Assembly: GCA_965203805.1 (NCBI GenBank) | Contig: OZ241917.1 | Coordinates: 800,001-864,000, forward strand | Length of the DNA stretch: 64,000 nt | Source of the DNA: Candidatus Latescibacterota bacterium | GTDB lineage: Bacteria > Latescibacterota > UBA2968 > GCA-2709665 | Direction: 5' to 3' | Part shown: positions 50,901 through 60,342 of the stretch, piece by piece | Numbering within the stretch: position 1 is the stretch's first letter | Layout of the letters: every line of letters begins with the position of its first letter | Program-made: the position numbers and the translations under genes | Notes under the pieces: model-generated | Databases searched by the model: none | Seen by the model: the letters and a program-made list of their open reading frames with translations, nothing else | What the model was told of the DNA's origin: nothing

Positions 50901-52632
50901 AGCCCGTGATTGGATCGAGCCATTGCTTAAGTGCGACATCAAGGGATTCGTAGGATTTAGAAGTAGGTTGATCAAGATGATTTAGCAGCGCAAGACCGAG
51001 TGCGTGCGCAATGACCGCTGGAGTAAGTTCAAGGTCACCCATGGCGTTACGAATTGCGAATTTGCCGTCGATTATCTCGCTCAAACGTGCATCGACCGCG
51101 CCTGGAGTTAGGTCAGGGCGACTTACTGTTTCTACCAGCGTACGCAAAGAATAGGTCTGGCTGCCCTCTCGATGTTGATTTGCGATATGCTTCAGCCAAT
51201 CGATCCACTCGTACTCACTAAAAGACCTACCGGCCCGTACGCCAAGGGTGTCACGACCGTATTCCCATAGCAATCGATGCAGGGTTATTTGTCCGGCCTC
51301 GACCAACTGGTCACTAAATTCCACAACAAGATCAAAAAGGCGAGGTGTTCGTGTCAGTTCAAGCACATCCTGATGCATGTCGTCGCGAGTTAAACCCTCG
51401 TATGCGAGCATCTGGTCAAGTTCGCCGCCAGGAGTCATATCGTAGCTCCCCACGGCTATCGGTGAGGAAGAGTCGATCAAGCCCTTAAGCATGGACAGTT
51501 TGTTTCTGTAGTGGTGCTCTCGCGTAGTCACGATCACGCGCGCGCGTCGGGAGAATGACACGCCCTGGAGGACCTTCAGCAGGTTTAACCACGAAACGGA
51601 AGGCTCCTGATTAATTCCATCGAAAAAAACAGTAAGAACGGGACCTTCGTCCAGTGGGCGCTTGAGAAGGCGGGCGAGCCGCCGTTCCCAGTGTCTCGAA
51701 TCTCGAACACCTGTCAACTCATAAAGTCGTCTGGCAAGTAGGCGAATCACGTTGGTTTCGGATACATCAGATACCATTGACACCGCCACTGACGACGGCA
51801 CGACCAATACTATAGGCTGGTCGCCGATGCGGTCTATTAGCCAGTGAAGCGTCGCCCAAGTCTTGCCAACACCTTCGCGTCCAAGGACGACCGCGGGAGC
51901 GTCATCGCTTGCGGATGCACGCCACCAACTGTCTAGGCCATCATGCACTGCCTTGCGCTTTACCTTTTTACTTTTTGAACCTCCTGCGGCGTTCTGTCCA
52001 AGAGCTGCATTCGATTCCTTAGGACAATTCCAGATCTTGGAGAGTTTGTTGTGGGAATCTTTTCGCAATGAATCGAACCCCAGACACCAGGATTCCAGAT
52101 CGCGTCTCAAACTCTCGATCACATTGCCTGATTCCTGCCGCACGGCGCGAGCAGCATCTCTTGCGGCAGTGGTTACGTACTCGCCCACCAATTCAGGAGA
52201 CGACGCACACAATGCAGCAATTGTCGGAATTCCTACTTCAGTCCAATCGATGATCAAAACGGGAACGCCATTTTTTCCGCCATGTTGATCGAGTGATTGA
52301 CGGATCTGTTCGTTTACAGTCCGAGTAGTGCACAAGACCCAAGCTTCCAAGGCCTCATCGCGTTCCAGCGCCTCGTCGATCTCGCCACGCAATTCACGTG
52401 GGGTCAAGCGCGTCGTTTCGCTGTATCTCTTGCATTCAAGGCGAAACCGCCTGCCCCGCTGTCCAGCAGGCCCGGCATCAGCCCCGTGTTGAAAGCCCGA
52501 ACTGGCGACTGCAATAGGCACATCGAGAAGGCGACTGATCAAAGCCGCTACAAGCTTCTCAAACCTGGACGAATCCTGTTCGTTCTGAAGCTCGTGCTTA
52601 AGGTGTCTCAAGGCTGCTGAAACCGCATACAT
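47989..52632 (-). CDS. Avs-like antiviral STAND protein: Mrr-like PD-(D/E)XK nuclease + P-loop NTPase + long helical C-terminus
   Basis: FEKLVAAL…QHGADAG…LECKRY nuclease motif; Walker A GREGVGKT; Walker B VFFDGINQ; VIVTTR; TPRL; 1547 aa. Confidence 0.75.
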   Translation of the reverse strand: MYAVSAALRHLKHELQNEQDSSRFEKLVAALISRLLDVPIAVASSGFQHGADAGPAGQRGRRFRLECKRYSETTRLTPRELRGEIDEALERDEALEAWVLCTTRTVNEQIRQSLDQHGGKNGVPVLIIDWTEVGIPTIAALCASSPELVGEYVTTAARDAARAVRQESGNVIESLRRDLESWCLGFDSLRKDSHNKLSKIWNCPKESNAALGQNAAGGSKSKKVKRKAVHDGLDSWWRASASDDAPAVVLGREGVGKTWATLHWLIDRIGDQPIVLVVPSSVAVSMVSDVSETNVIRLLARRLYELTGVRDSRHWERRLARLLKRPLDEGPVLTVFFDGINQEPSVSWLNLLKVLQGVSFSRRARVIVTTREHHYRNKLSMLKGLIDSSSPIAVGSYDMTPGGELDQMLAYEGLTRDDMHQDVLELTRTPRLFDLVVEFSDQLVEAGQITLHRLLWEYGRDTLGVRAGRSFSEYEWIDWLKHIANQHREGSQTYSLRTLVETVSRPDLTPGAVDARLSEIIDGKFAIRNAMGDLELTPAVIAHALGLALLNHLDQPTSKSYESLDVALKQWLDPITGFDQTAEILRAAVSIQVEIGDGALPKAGVLLTAWLQAQNVTDKHRQEIVALASSLPGALLDVVEYSDSEIQESARHWAVKALRVIPRTDDAALKVIVERTRRWMGTVYLDIDTRRKRSDEQRKWREDHLSKLIGTHSAGTISVVGVKLNLVDRHPGQIKSTVPLILEGFPLSKATGTLEAAVTALAAGDNSGCWEALRWLCLLNEVDPKETAIGLRDLSDNMRRRIPEPGIQLDLPKRVAALLLWLTGLESDDKAATHLNPSTGRSYDYVRDYAANPGRSFLPLERRHAHDVLKDCDLAVQSRVERIRDLWLDPNFRPSCNFVTELRDLARTINVEKLNRSRSRTKDDLNFDELVPALARCAPDLLAELDRRKLKFLKTCPLDSRHWSAVSAKSHFLLSGEAEAQAANTLRHKGRDIDDANELIAANRLLTIEIRNLTGREQVETLIQANLPDIMLDFSNVLRPLTSEEATALIRKYDSALGKQRRDLLKLLAIQPVLLDEYSWSWIRKFAVHEDDNYTKLAFIILNQADTNRFGRELLDGGWSWCFNKHIYVNHYGTDSLIEASSSVSFKELAPRVAPWRLLEAVRRRGADPAEIKVAAAIFGNALTDNALIDLDLGSDISVDLTRVDFLPFSYSVSPRRSENEVEAMQLAFDPDANLQAHRRAIDTAATRIDEARRNGVTLFQAIFDYLDFKPVIEFAPDYVDRWLDGYSEPTAEFENRVHRAEGAYLALCEALLILDPGRGVRLWRVLSETLRTRYVGAAGVDDLLHMAFRVPESPEVLELRVEVAELKFDQTDDRALFDLAIAAVFNDKLEWLNQVIEKDRVSPYAWRRARAMVLEGFRVNNSLPIAEAWPEGELETTNARVTCMSARSRWIEACARHWWNAYLDAADPSTAYAAWVLFLRATDRRSWTWIQKKIDAVSEKDDVYKQKMAHVRLNRDELKRACKEREKELDRNFLYRKIVEGIGPWA

Positions 52633-52930
52633 AATGCTGGACTCTCAATCGGCGCTCGGTTCACGCTGCTGGTTCTGCAGTACTCAACATTTCCGAGTGA
52701 CTCCCAACTGCATTCATCCAATACGGCATCGACTATTGATTTATCGCGATTGTATAGGTACTTGTGCTGCCGGGCACTGTATTTGACGCCGATGTACAGC
52801 CTCAAATGGACTCGTTCCGTAGACGACTTGTACCTTTGGTACCGGAGTGCCCTTCAGATTCTTAGCGACGACGTACCGCATCGCGAATGCACCATTCGAG
52901 CTTGCCCGCTTGCATCTTCACTGACCTGGC

Positions 52931-55900
52931 TCAGTCAGTATGCCTAAGTATCCCGCGGCTAAAGAGGTTTTCCTTGGCGCGTTCGGCGTTTTTTTGGACG
53001 GTATCGTCGCAATGTTCGAGACCGGCTTTCAGGATGGCTTTTGCATCGTCGGTATGAATGTAGAATCTACCACTCTTAGGCGCGGCATTGGTAAGCTTGG
53101 CGAAGCATTTGACCACCAAAGGAGTATGCATCGGGAGCAGTGCAGGCATTGACCGCGTCACCTCAAGAGGGAGCCATGTCCTTGGGTGTTCCGCGCGACC
53201 CTCCTCAAGTGAACCTGTTGCATCAAGGATTCCGTCAACGTCCAAAACCTTCGACAAAGCATTTAAACGCCATTCTGGATCAAGACACTCGGCTTTCAGC
53301 CACGCGGGGATTTCTCGGAGTTCCAAGGGTTCACGGGCATCTAATCGCCACTCGAAAAAGCCAATGATTCTGTCCGTCAGGCCTTTTTCAAGGTGCTTGC
53401 CAGTATTCTGTAACGAATGCCCGACATAGTTAAACAATGTCGCCCAATGCTTTCGTTCACCGTCGGTCTTCAGGTAATAGCGTTCCAGCAGGCTTGGGTC
53501 TCCCGTAAGCGGATATACGTCCCACAAATAGTAGGTAAACAGATGTTGACCTAGCTTTCGGGTCAACTCCCGTACGATTTCCTTTTGCTCTCCCTGGGAT
53601 CCCAGATGATCCAGTGCGAATTCGAAATCGCCGCGGAGTTCATCGAATATTTGCCTGTTAGGGCGTCCACGGCGGAGATAATTGCCAAATGCCTCTCGCC
53701 ACGCCGGAAGGTCATTCCGGGGAAACAACTGGGACTTTTGGGATACCGCCAATTCTTCATACAGATGGAACAAAGGCCCAAATCGCATTCCCAAGACTGC
53801 GTACTCAGGAAGCGTAAGTGGATAACTGACTTCCGTGTTGAATCGCTTTTCTAGAATCTCCCTCAATTCAGGGATCGAGGCTTTGTCGTCCTGCCTCCGC
53901 ATCCAGTATCCAAATTTCACCAGATTATCTAATGCTCTCCCACGGGTCGTATTGATCGCTTCGGTTAGCTGGTCGTCCCGGTTCAAGAGTACCGGCCTGT
54001 CTTGATCCAGGCGCCAATCGTATTGCGTGCAGAGCATTCCCAGGAGGTCGACCAGGTTTTCGCGAGCGGATAGCGGCACCTCCACATCCTCTTCGATACA
54101 GGTTTCGACAAAGTCACAGACCGCTCTCCGCGACGTATGCCAACGAGGCTGTTCGCGTGACCCATCTCCGAGGCGTCCGATCCCATCAAGTTCTTCGTTT
54201 TGCGGATCTGGATGGGTAAGCGCCCACTTGCAAAACACGAACCACTGTTCGAGCTTATCAAAGTTCCCGGCCTTTACATGATCCTTCATTGCATCAACAA
54301 TCGTGCGTACGTAAATGGGCCGGAGTATGTTATCTCGATTCTTAATCCAAAAACTCAGTCTGGCAGCGTTCGGAATAACGGAATCCTCAAAAACCTTTCG
54401 AAATGCTGCGGCCAACGCTTCAATACTAATCTCTGTGACGCCATTACTAGTGTCCCAATGTTCGTCTTCCCACTCGTTTATATAGGCAAGCAGGTTTTTA
54501 TCAGAAAGACTCACGAGATCTTCAGTTGATCTTGGGCTGCGGCGCTTAGTCCGTCCTCCTTTGGATCCTTTATGGGGCGCGTAGCTCGCGTCCGTGATTT
54601 TTTCTGCAGTCTTATCGGCTTCAAGTTGCCGGAAATAGCGCGCGTACTTCCCGAAGAGTACTAGTGCAAACGGCCTGAGTTGGCGACGATGGAAATTCCT
54701 TCTTTCATTTTCGAATGCAGAACTTGAGAACTGCTCACCCATCCATTCCCTGAATTCTTCCTCTGGAGGTCCACTGAGGATAGTATCGAAGATGTGAATT
54801 CTTTCGTCTCTTGTCAGTAATTCCTCTCCGAGATGCTCGAAGGCAATTCTTAACATCCGTTGAAACTCAAAGTGGTATTCCCATCGCCCGTAGTCGCCAT
54901 GTCGGAGGATCAACTCGCGAGTCCGCTCCATAGTTTGCTCGCTTGGGTATTTGGCGCAAAGATGCTGTCGGAGGCGGGTGAAGAGATACCAGCGCTGGTT
55001 GCGTAACGCTTCGTCAAGAGTTCCAACCGACTCTCTCGCTTGTTCATATACCATTTCACAGGCGTGGGTAAGCGCATGGACGAGCGACTTTCCATGCTCC
55101 GGATCACTGTTATCGGATTTGTCGAGTTGCGGACACCAAGTTCTAGTATAGTCATATGTTTCACTGCTCTCACTGTCGAGCTGATGTAACTCGTGGTGAA
55201 GCATGTTTTTTGTCGCGTCAACAAGCATACGCGCCACCTTGTAAGGTTCCTTTTCCGCCAACGGACGAATGCCTTCGGCCAAAATCTGATCGTAAATCTC
55301 GCTAAACCGAGGCATCGGCCTGAGAGTGGTCATCATTAGAGAAAACTGGTTTCTGGTTGAGTCATCATGATCGTCGTTGAGTTTTCGTCTTCTTCTTCGC
55401 TTTTCTTCGGCGTTTGGATCAGGGACAAATTGAACGAGGATTCTTGCAAGTTCTAATGCGGCTATCGTTTGGCCCTCGGACGTCCAATGTGCTAACAGTT
55501 CGGGAAACTGAAACGGAAGGTATGGGGTATCTAGTTTGGCAAACTCAAGCATCTTTGACTTGAGTTTCCCGGATCGCTCGCCGTCTAGTTTTAATGCGAT
55601 GTCTAAGATATTCGCATAGACGTTTGGATTGTCAACGGTCGGAATCTGCAACACCAGTTCAAGAACATCCTCCTGAGCCTGCGTGCATACCCTTTCGAGA
55701 TATCGAAGTTCCGGCCAGAAAGGAAATCGGACGTATCCATCTAACAGATTCTCTGTTTTGGGAGGATTCTTGAAGAAACCCTTCTCCTTCAAGAAAGGAA
55801 TCCAAACCGGATCCGCTACGTTTGTAAAGAAGAAGACGTAATTGGCGCCTCTTCGGGAAATCAGCTGATAAAGAGTTTCTGCGTCCGTATCGGAGTGGTC

Positions 55901-57028
55901 GGATTTATCCATGATAGACTGGATCTCCTGCTGGTCGTGTGCCGTGATTGGCGCAAGAAGATCATAGACTAACTGTTCGAGCGTCGCAACATACCTCCTG
56001 TACTTACCCTCATCTGTCGCTCTCAATGACCGATGATGCGTGAAATCTTCCAGCTGACTCCACAACTTGTGAAACTCATCTCGTTTCCGATTCTGGATTT
56101 CAATTCCCATCTGATTTGCCATTGGATCGATGTTTCTTATCGCTATCTGTATCTGTTCTCGTCGCGTCGGCTGCTGGTTCAATTCCAAATATCGATCGAT
56201 TTCATTGAGTGTTTCATCAAGCTTAACGTCGATTCTCTTGTCTTTCCACCCGTCTTTGTATCTATTCTTATCTTTGATGAATCGCTCATGTATCTTCTGC
56301 CTCAAAGTCTTGGGATTCTTGTAGCTCTGTACATCCCGTTCCCGCACGACACGAGGGAGTTTTTCCATAAGTTCTCGCAACGAATTCGCCGCCTGGGAGA
56401 TGCGATCGGGATTATAGGTGTTCTCGATGGCATAGAGCGCCCCCAGGTACCAATCACCCAAAGGGTATTTCTCCGTTTCAACCCGTCTGAGCGCATCCAA
56501 CACGTGCTGCTGAATGCCAGTGAGTGCCACGGTGCCGTGCTGTCCGAGAGCTACATTTACATCGCTTGCATTGGCGCCCACATCAGACCGAAGAATCGCC
56601 TGATCATCCAACCGCTTCCCTGCGTCGAGTATTTCGACACCCGCAATTTGCCCCTTTTCATCGTAGTCCAACGCGATTCCTTCTGCAACTAGGTCCGTCG
56701 TCACCGATGTTTGCTTTAGGCGGATGTATAAAGCATCCACCTCGCGATCGTAAGTGATCTTGGCCATCTTTTCCTCAAAAAAAAATGTATATACTGTTAC
56801 GACAACGACTTCATTCGGCTTGTCCACCAAAATCGGTCGGACTTTCTTAATCCTGTAAAACTTGCCATTCCAGTCGTCTTGGTACGGGTATTCCTTGAAA
56901 CATTCAAATCTATTCTGACGCACAGGTTTCCAGGCAGATGAGCGTATCGCCTCAACGACTTCCTGCTCCGTGGCGCCACGGCGGCGGATTTGTTCGCGTG
57001 CATGATTGGAGATACGAATTGATTTCAA
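52931..57028 (-). CDS. In-frame fusion: DUF4258-like toxin + DUF2283 + HEPN-like domain + large helical domain (probable internal start at 56767)
   Basis: SNHAREQIRRRG…VVVTVY (DUF4258); YDREVDALYI…GVEILDA (DUF2283); NPDRISQAANSLRELM…FTH. The rest is colinear with 57343-60342. Confidence 0.7.
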   Translation of the reverse strand: MKSIRISNHAREQIRRRGATEQEVVEAIRSSAWKPVRQNRFECFKEYPYQDDWNGKFYRIKKVRPILVDKPNEVVVVTVYTFFFEEKMAKITYDREVDALYIRLKQTSVTTDLVAEGIALDYDEKGQIAGVEILDAGKRLDDQAILRSDVGANASDVNVALGQHGTVALTGIQQHVLDALRRVETEKYPLGDWYLGALYAIENTYNPDRISQAANSLRELMEKLPRVVRERDVQSYKNPKTLRQKIHERFIKDKNRYKDGWKDKRIDVKLDETLNEIDRYLELNQQPTRREQIQIAIRNIDPMANQMGIEIQNRKRDEFHKLWSQLEDFTHHRSLRATDEGKYRRYVATLEQLVYDLLAPITAHDQQEIQSIMDKSDHSDTDAETLYQLISRRGANYVFFFTNVADPVWIPFLKEKGFFKNPPKTENLLDGYVRFPFWPELRYLERVCTQAQEDVLELVLQIPTVDNPNVYANILDIALKLDGERSGKLKSKMLEFAKLDTPYLPFQFPELLAHWTSEGQTIAALELARILVQFVPDPNAEEKRRRRRKLNDDHDDSTRNQFSLMMTTLRPMPRFSEIYDQILAEGIRPLAEKEPYKVARMLVDATKNMLHHELHQLDSESSETYDYTRTWCPQLDKSDNSDPEHGKSLVHALTHACEMVYEQARESVGTLDEALRNQRWYLFTRLRQHLCAKYPSEQTMERTRELILRHGDYGRWEYHFEFQRMLRIAFEHLGEELLTRDERIHIFDTILSGPPEEEFREWMGEQFSSSAFENERRNFHRRQLRPFALVLFGKYARYFRQLEADKTAEKITDASYAPHKGSKGGRTKRRSPRSTEDLVSLSDKNLLAYINEWEDEHWDTSNGVTEISIEALAAAFRKVFEDSVIPNAARLSFWIKNRDNILRPIYVRTIVDAMKDHVKAGNFDKLEQWFVFCKWALTHPDPQNEELDGIGRLGDGSREQPRWHTSRRAVCDFVETCIEEDVEVPLSARENLVDLLGMLCTQYDWRLDQDRPVLLNRDDQLTEAINTTRGRALDNLVKFGYWMRRQDDKASIPELREILEKRFNTEVSYPLTLPEYAVLGMRFGPLFHLYEELAVSQKSQLFPRNDLPAWREAFGNYLRRGRPNRQIFDELRGDFEFALDHLGSQGEQKEIVRELTRKLGQHLFTYYLWDVYPLTGDPSLLERYYLKTDGERKHWATLFNYVGHSLQNTGKHLEKGLTDRIIGFFEWRLDAREPLELREIPAWLKAECLDPEWRLNALSKVLDVDGILDATGSLEEGRAEHPRTWLPLEVTRSMPALLPMHTPLVVKCFAKLTNAAPKSGRFYIHTDDAKAILKAGLEHCDDTVQKNAERAKENLFSRGILRHTD

Positions 57029-57342
57029 GTTTTCTCTACGGCTTCATTGGCACGATCATCGATGCACAACCCACTGCGAGTGTTGATTACGGATCTGACG
57101 ACGATCAGTATGAGTCTTTTGGTTCCATAAACAACCGAGGTTACTGTGCGGTCCTCTGTATCAGATCTAGCCCAGCGCAATTCTAGTCCAAGCCGACCGT
57201 TTTCAACAACATTAGCACAAATCAAGACAAATTTCTTGCCACTGTTCCAAGTGCGTTAGCGCCGTTTACCGTAACTCACTTCAGGCTGTTTTCTGTGAAT
57301 GTTTCGTTCTGGAACGCTAACTCGCATGCTCACAGAGACCGC

Positions 57343-60342
57343 TCAGTCCAAGATGCTGAAATATCCCCTACGCAACAGGTTCTCACGGGCTTGTCGAGCG
57401 TTTTCACGTACGCTTTCGTCGTCATGATCAAGACCGGCAGTCAGGATGGACCTTGCATCGTTGGTTGGAATGTAGATCACACTGCTCCCAGGTGCAACTT
57501 CTGTAAGTTTGGCGAAACACCTGACCACGTGTGGTGTGTAATCTGGAAGCATAGTTCGCAACGCTTGGGTTGTGTCATGTGGAAGCCAAATGGCAGCAGA
57601 ATCTCCGCTATTGTACATCGGAGTATCAGTCTCGTGCAGAATATCATCTACATGCAGAACCCTTAGATACGCACTCAATCGCCGTTCTGGATGCAGGCAG
57701 TCGGCTTCAAGCCAATTCGAAAACTCCCTCAGTTCCAATGGTTCACCCGTCTGCAGACGCCACTCAAGATAGTCATGTATCCTACACGCAATCATCGTAT
57801 CAAGCGGTTTCTTGGTGTTTTTTAACCTTCGGCCTACATAGCCGAACAGTGCAGCCCAATGCTGTCGGTTACTAACGGTCGCCTTGAAGAATCCGTCCAG
57901 CAGACTGCCGGCGCCTTCCAGCGGTAAAACTCCCCATATGTAGTATTTGAAAAGGTGCTGCCCAAGAATTTCCTTCAACCCATCTTCGAGTGGCTCTCGG
58001 AGTTCCAGGCGTCGCATATTGTCCAGGGCAAATTGATACTCATCGCGAACCCGGTCAAATATCTGTTTTTCAGGATGGCTGTATCGAAGGAAACCTGCAA
58101 ACGCTTGAAGCCACGCCGGAAAGTCGTGTTGAGGAAATACCAAAGACTTGCTAGCAGCCGCCCATCGGCTATCGAGATCGAAAATTGACTGGTAGAGCCT
58201 CCCCAGGATTGCGTATTCCGTAGGCTTCAGTGGACAATCAGATTCAGAATCGAACCTTTTATTCAGAATCGCTTTCATTTCAGTGATTTCCGCATTGTCA
58301 TCGCGTCTGCGCAACCAGAATCCCATTCTGACGAGGTTTTCCAGCGCACGACCTCTAGTCGTATCAATTGTTTCAATCAGCCGGTCATCGCCGTTCGGCG
58401 GTGTCTGTACTTTCTGTTCAAGTAACCAGTCATATTGCGTACAGAGCATGCCCAGGAGGCGCCCCAATTGTCCTCGATTGGAAATCGACACTTCCGAATC
58501 CCGCTCAAAACACGTTTCAATGAAGTCACAGACTGCACGACGCGCCGTATGCCACCTCGGCGTCTCACTAGATCTATCCCAAAGTTGCGCGGTTCCGTAT
58601 GGATGCTCGTCTTGAGGATCTGGATGCGAAATCACCCATTCGCAAAATGGTAACCACTTATCCAGCTTATCGTGATTCTTTCCCTTCACGATGTCCTGCA
58701 TTGCATTAATCATCGCCCGTACGTATATAGGCCGGTGTATGTTATGTCGACTCCCGATCCAAAAATTCAGTCTGGTATCGCTTGGGATGATGCAGTCCTT
58801 GAAGACACTCTGAAATGCTCCAGCCAGGGCTTCCATGGTAATCTCGATGAGCCAGTCGTCCTTATCCCGGTGTTCGTTGTTCCATCTGTTGATGTAGTCG
58901 AGCAGTTTGTGGTCGGTTAAGTTTGCAAGTTCTTGGGGTGATTTCGGACTGCGAGACCTGACAGTTCCCCCTTCGGATTCACTGACACGCGAGTAATTCT
59001 CATCAGTGATCTCATCTGCCGATCTGCTTGATTCAAGTTCTTCGAAATAGTCAGAGTATCTGCCAAATAGTAAGGGTTCGAACGGCCGGAGTTGCCGGTG
59101 ATGGAAATCTCTCTTCTGTTGTGCAAATTCCGATTCGGTAAAGTGCTCGCCCATCCATTCAAGGTAGAATTCCCTTGGAGGACCCTTAAGAATCGCATCG
59201 AAAATCTCGGTGCACTCCTCTTCTGTGAGCAAATCGGATCCGAAATGCTTACACGCCAACCGGACCATTTGTTGAAATTCGTAGCCGTATTGCAATTGGC
59301 TATAGTCGTCGTGCGCTAATATGAGCTCTCTAATAAAAGGACGGGTGTGTTGGCTTAGGTGTAACCCATACAGATGTTGTCTTATACGCTTGAATACATC
59401 CCACCTTTGACCCCTTAAGGCGATGTCAAGGTCTCCGATAAGATCGCTCGATCGTTTCCATACACTTTCGCAGGCGTAGGTCAGCGTATGCACGAGGGAC
59501 TCTCGCAAATCTGGACATTCCCGTCTCGGCTTGGTTAGGCGTGGGCACCATAATTCCAAATAATCCGTGCTCTTTCCACTGGCAAGATCGTCATTGTGCT
59601 TGCCGAGTCGTATCATGTTGTCTGTCGCATTGACTAAGATTAGAGCAACCTTGTACGGTTCCTTTTTCACGAGCGGACGAACTCCCTCGTTAAGGACGTC
59701 CAGGTAAATGGAGTTGAATGGCGGAACAGGCTCAAGTTTGGTCGTCATCATCAAGGTCAAATATTCCTCGTCCCTTGCAGACAGATGCTTGCTGATCTCG
59801 ATATATTTCCTCTTCTTTTCTTGAGCATTCGGGTCCGGCGCAAACTGAACTAGGACGTCTGCAAGTTCCAAGGCAGCATTTGTCTGTTCTTTTGACGTCC
59901 ACTGTGCAAGTATCCTTGCTAACTTGGATGGAACCAACCGGCGCTCAAGCTTTGCATACTCGAGGACTTTCGGTTTGAGTCTTGTAGAATTCGCACCGCT
60001 CAGTTGTAAGACCAGGTCAATCATCTCTTCGTAGACCCTAGGGTTATCTGTCGGCGGGATTTCCAACACAATCTGGATTACGGCGTCAACTATATCGCTT
60101 GGTGCATCTTTACAGATCTCCTTGAGGAATTCAAGCTCAGGCCAGAAAGGACATTGAAGATATCCGCCAGGCAGATGGCTTATTTCCGGTGGGCACGCAA
60201 AACACCCACGATCAGCTAACGGCTGAATCCACAGTGGATTTTTCAAACGTGAAAAGAAGTACTGTCGGTCAGTTTCCTTCTCAAACGACGACAATACCCT
60301 CTCTACTATTTCAGGTGTTGGTTTCTTCCAAGATCGCATCAA
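57343..60342 (-). CDS. Large alpha-helical protein of unknown function (paralog of the C-terminal part of 52931-57028)
   Basis: 999-aa ORF sharing blocks with the paralog: FWPEL, PDPNA, RQLRPF, PRWHT.RRAVCDF and LGMLCTQYDW. Confidence 0.8.
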   Translation of the reverse strand: MMRSWKKPTPEIVERVLSSFEKETDRQYFFSRLKNPLWIQPLADRGCFACPPEISHLPGGYLQCPFWPELEFLKEICKDAPSDIVDAVIQIVLEIPPTDNPRVYEEMIDLVLQLSGANSTRLKPKVLEYAKLERRLVPSKLARILAQWTSKEQTNAALELADVLVQFAPDPNAQEKKRKYIEISKHLSARDEEYLTLMMTTKLEPVPPFNSIYLDVLNEGVRPLVKKEPYKVALILVNATDNMIRLGKHNDDLASGKSTDYLELWCPRLTKPRRECPDLRESLVHTLTYACESVWKRSSDLIGDLDIALRGQRWDVFKRIRQHLYGLHLSQHTRPFIRELILAHDDYSQLQYGYEFQQMVRLACKHFGSDLLTEEECTEIFDAILKGPPREFYLEWMGEHFTESEFAQQKRDFHHRQLRPFEPLLFGRYSDYFEELESSRSADEITDENYSRVSESEGGTVRSRSPKSPQELANLTDHKLLDYINRWNNEHRDKDDWLIEITMEALAGAFQSVFKDCIIPSDTRLNFWIGSRHNIHRPIYVRAMINAMQDIVKGKNHDKLDKWLPFCEWVISHPDPQDEHPYGTAQLWDRSSETPRWHTARRAVCDFIETCFERDSEVSISNRGQLGRLLGMLCTQYDWLLEQKVQTPPNGDDRLIETIDTTRGRALENLVRMGFWLRRRDDNAEITEMKAILNKRFDSESDCPLKPTEYAILGRLYQSIFDLDSRWAAASKSLVFPQHDFPAWLQAFAGFLRYSHPEKQIFDRVRDEYQFALDNMRRLELREPLEDGLKEILGQHLFKYYIWGVLPLEGAGSLLDGFFKATVSNRQHWAALFGYVGRRLKNTKKPLDTMIACRIHDYLEWRLQTGEPLELREFSNWLEADCLHPERRLSAYLRVLHVDDILHETDTPMYNSGDSAAIWLPHDTTQALRTMLPDYTPHVVRCFAKLTEVAPGSSVIYIPTNDARSILTAGLDHDDESVRENARQARENLLRRGYFSILD

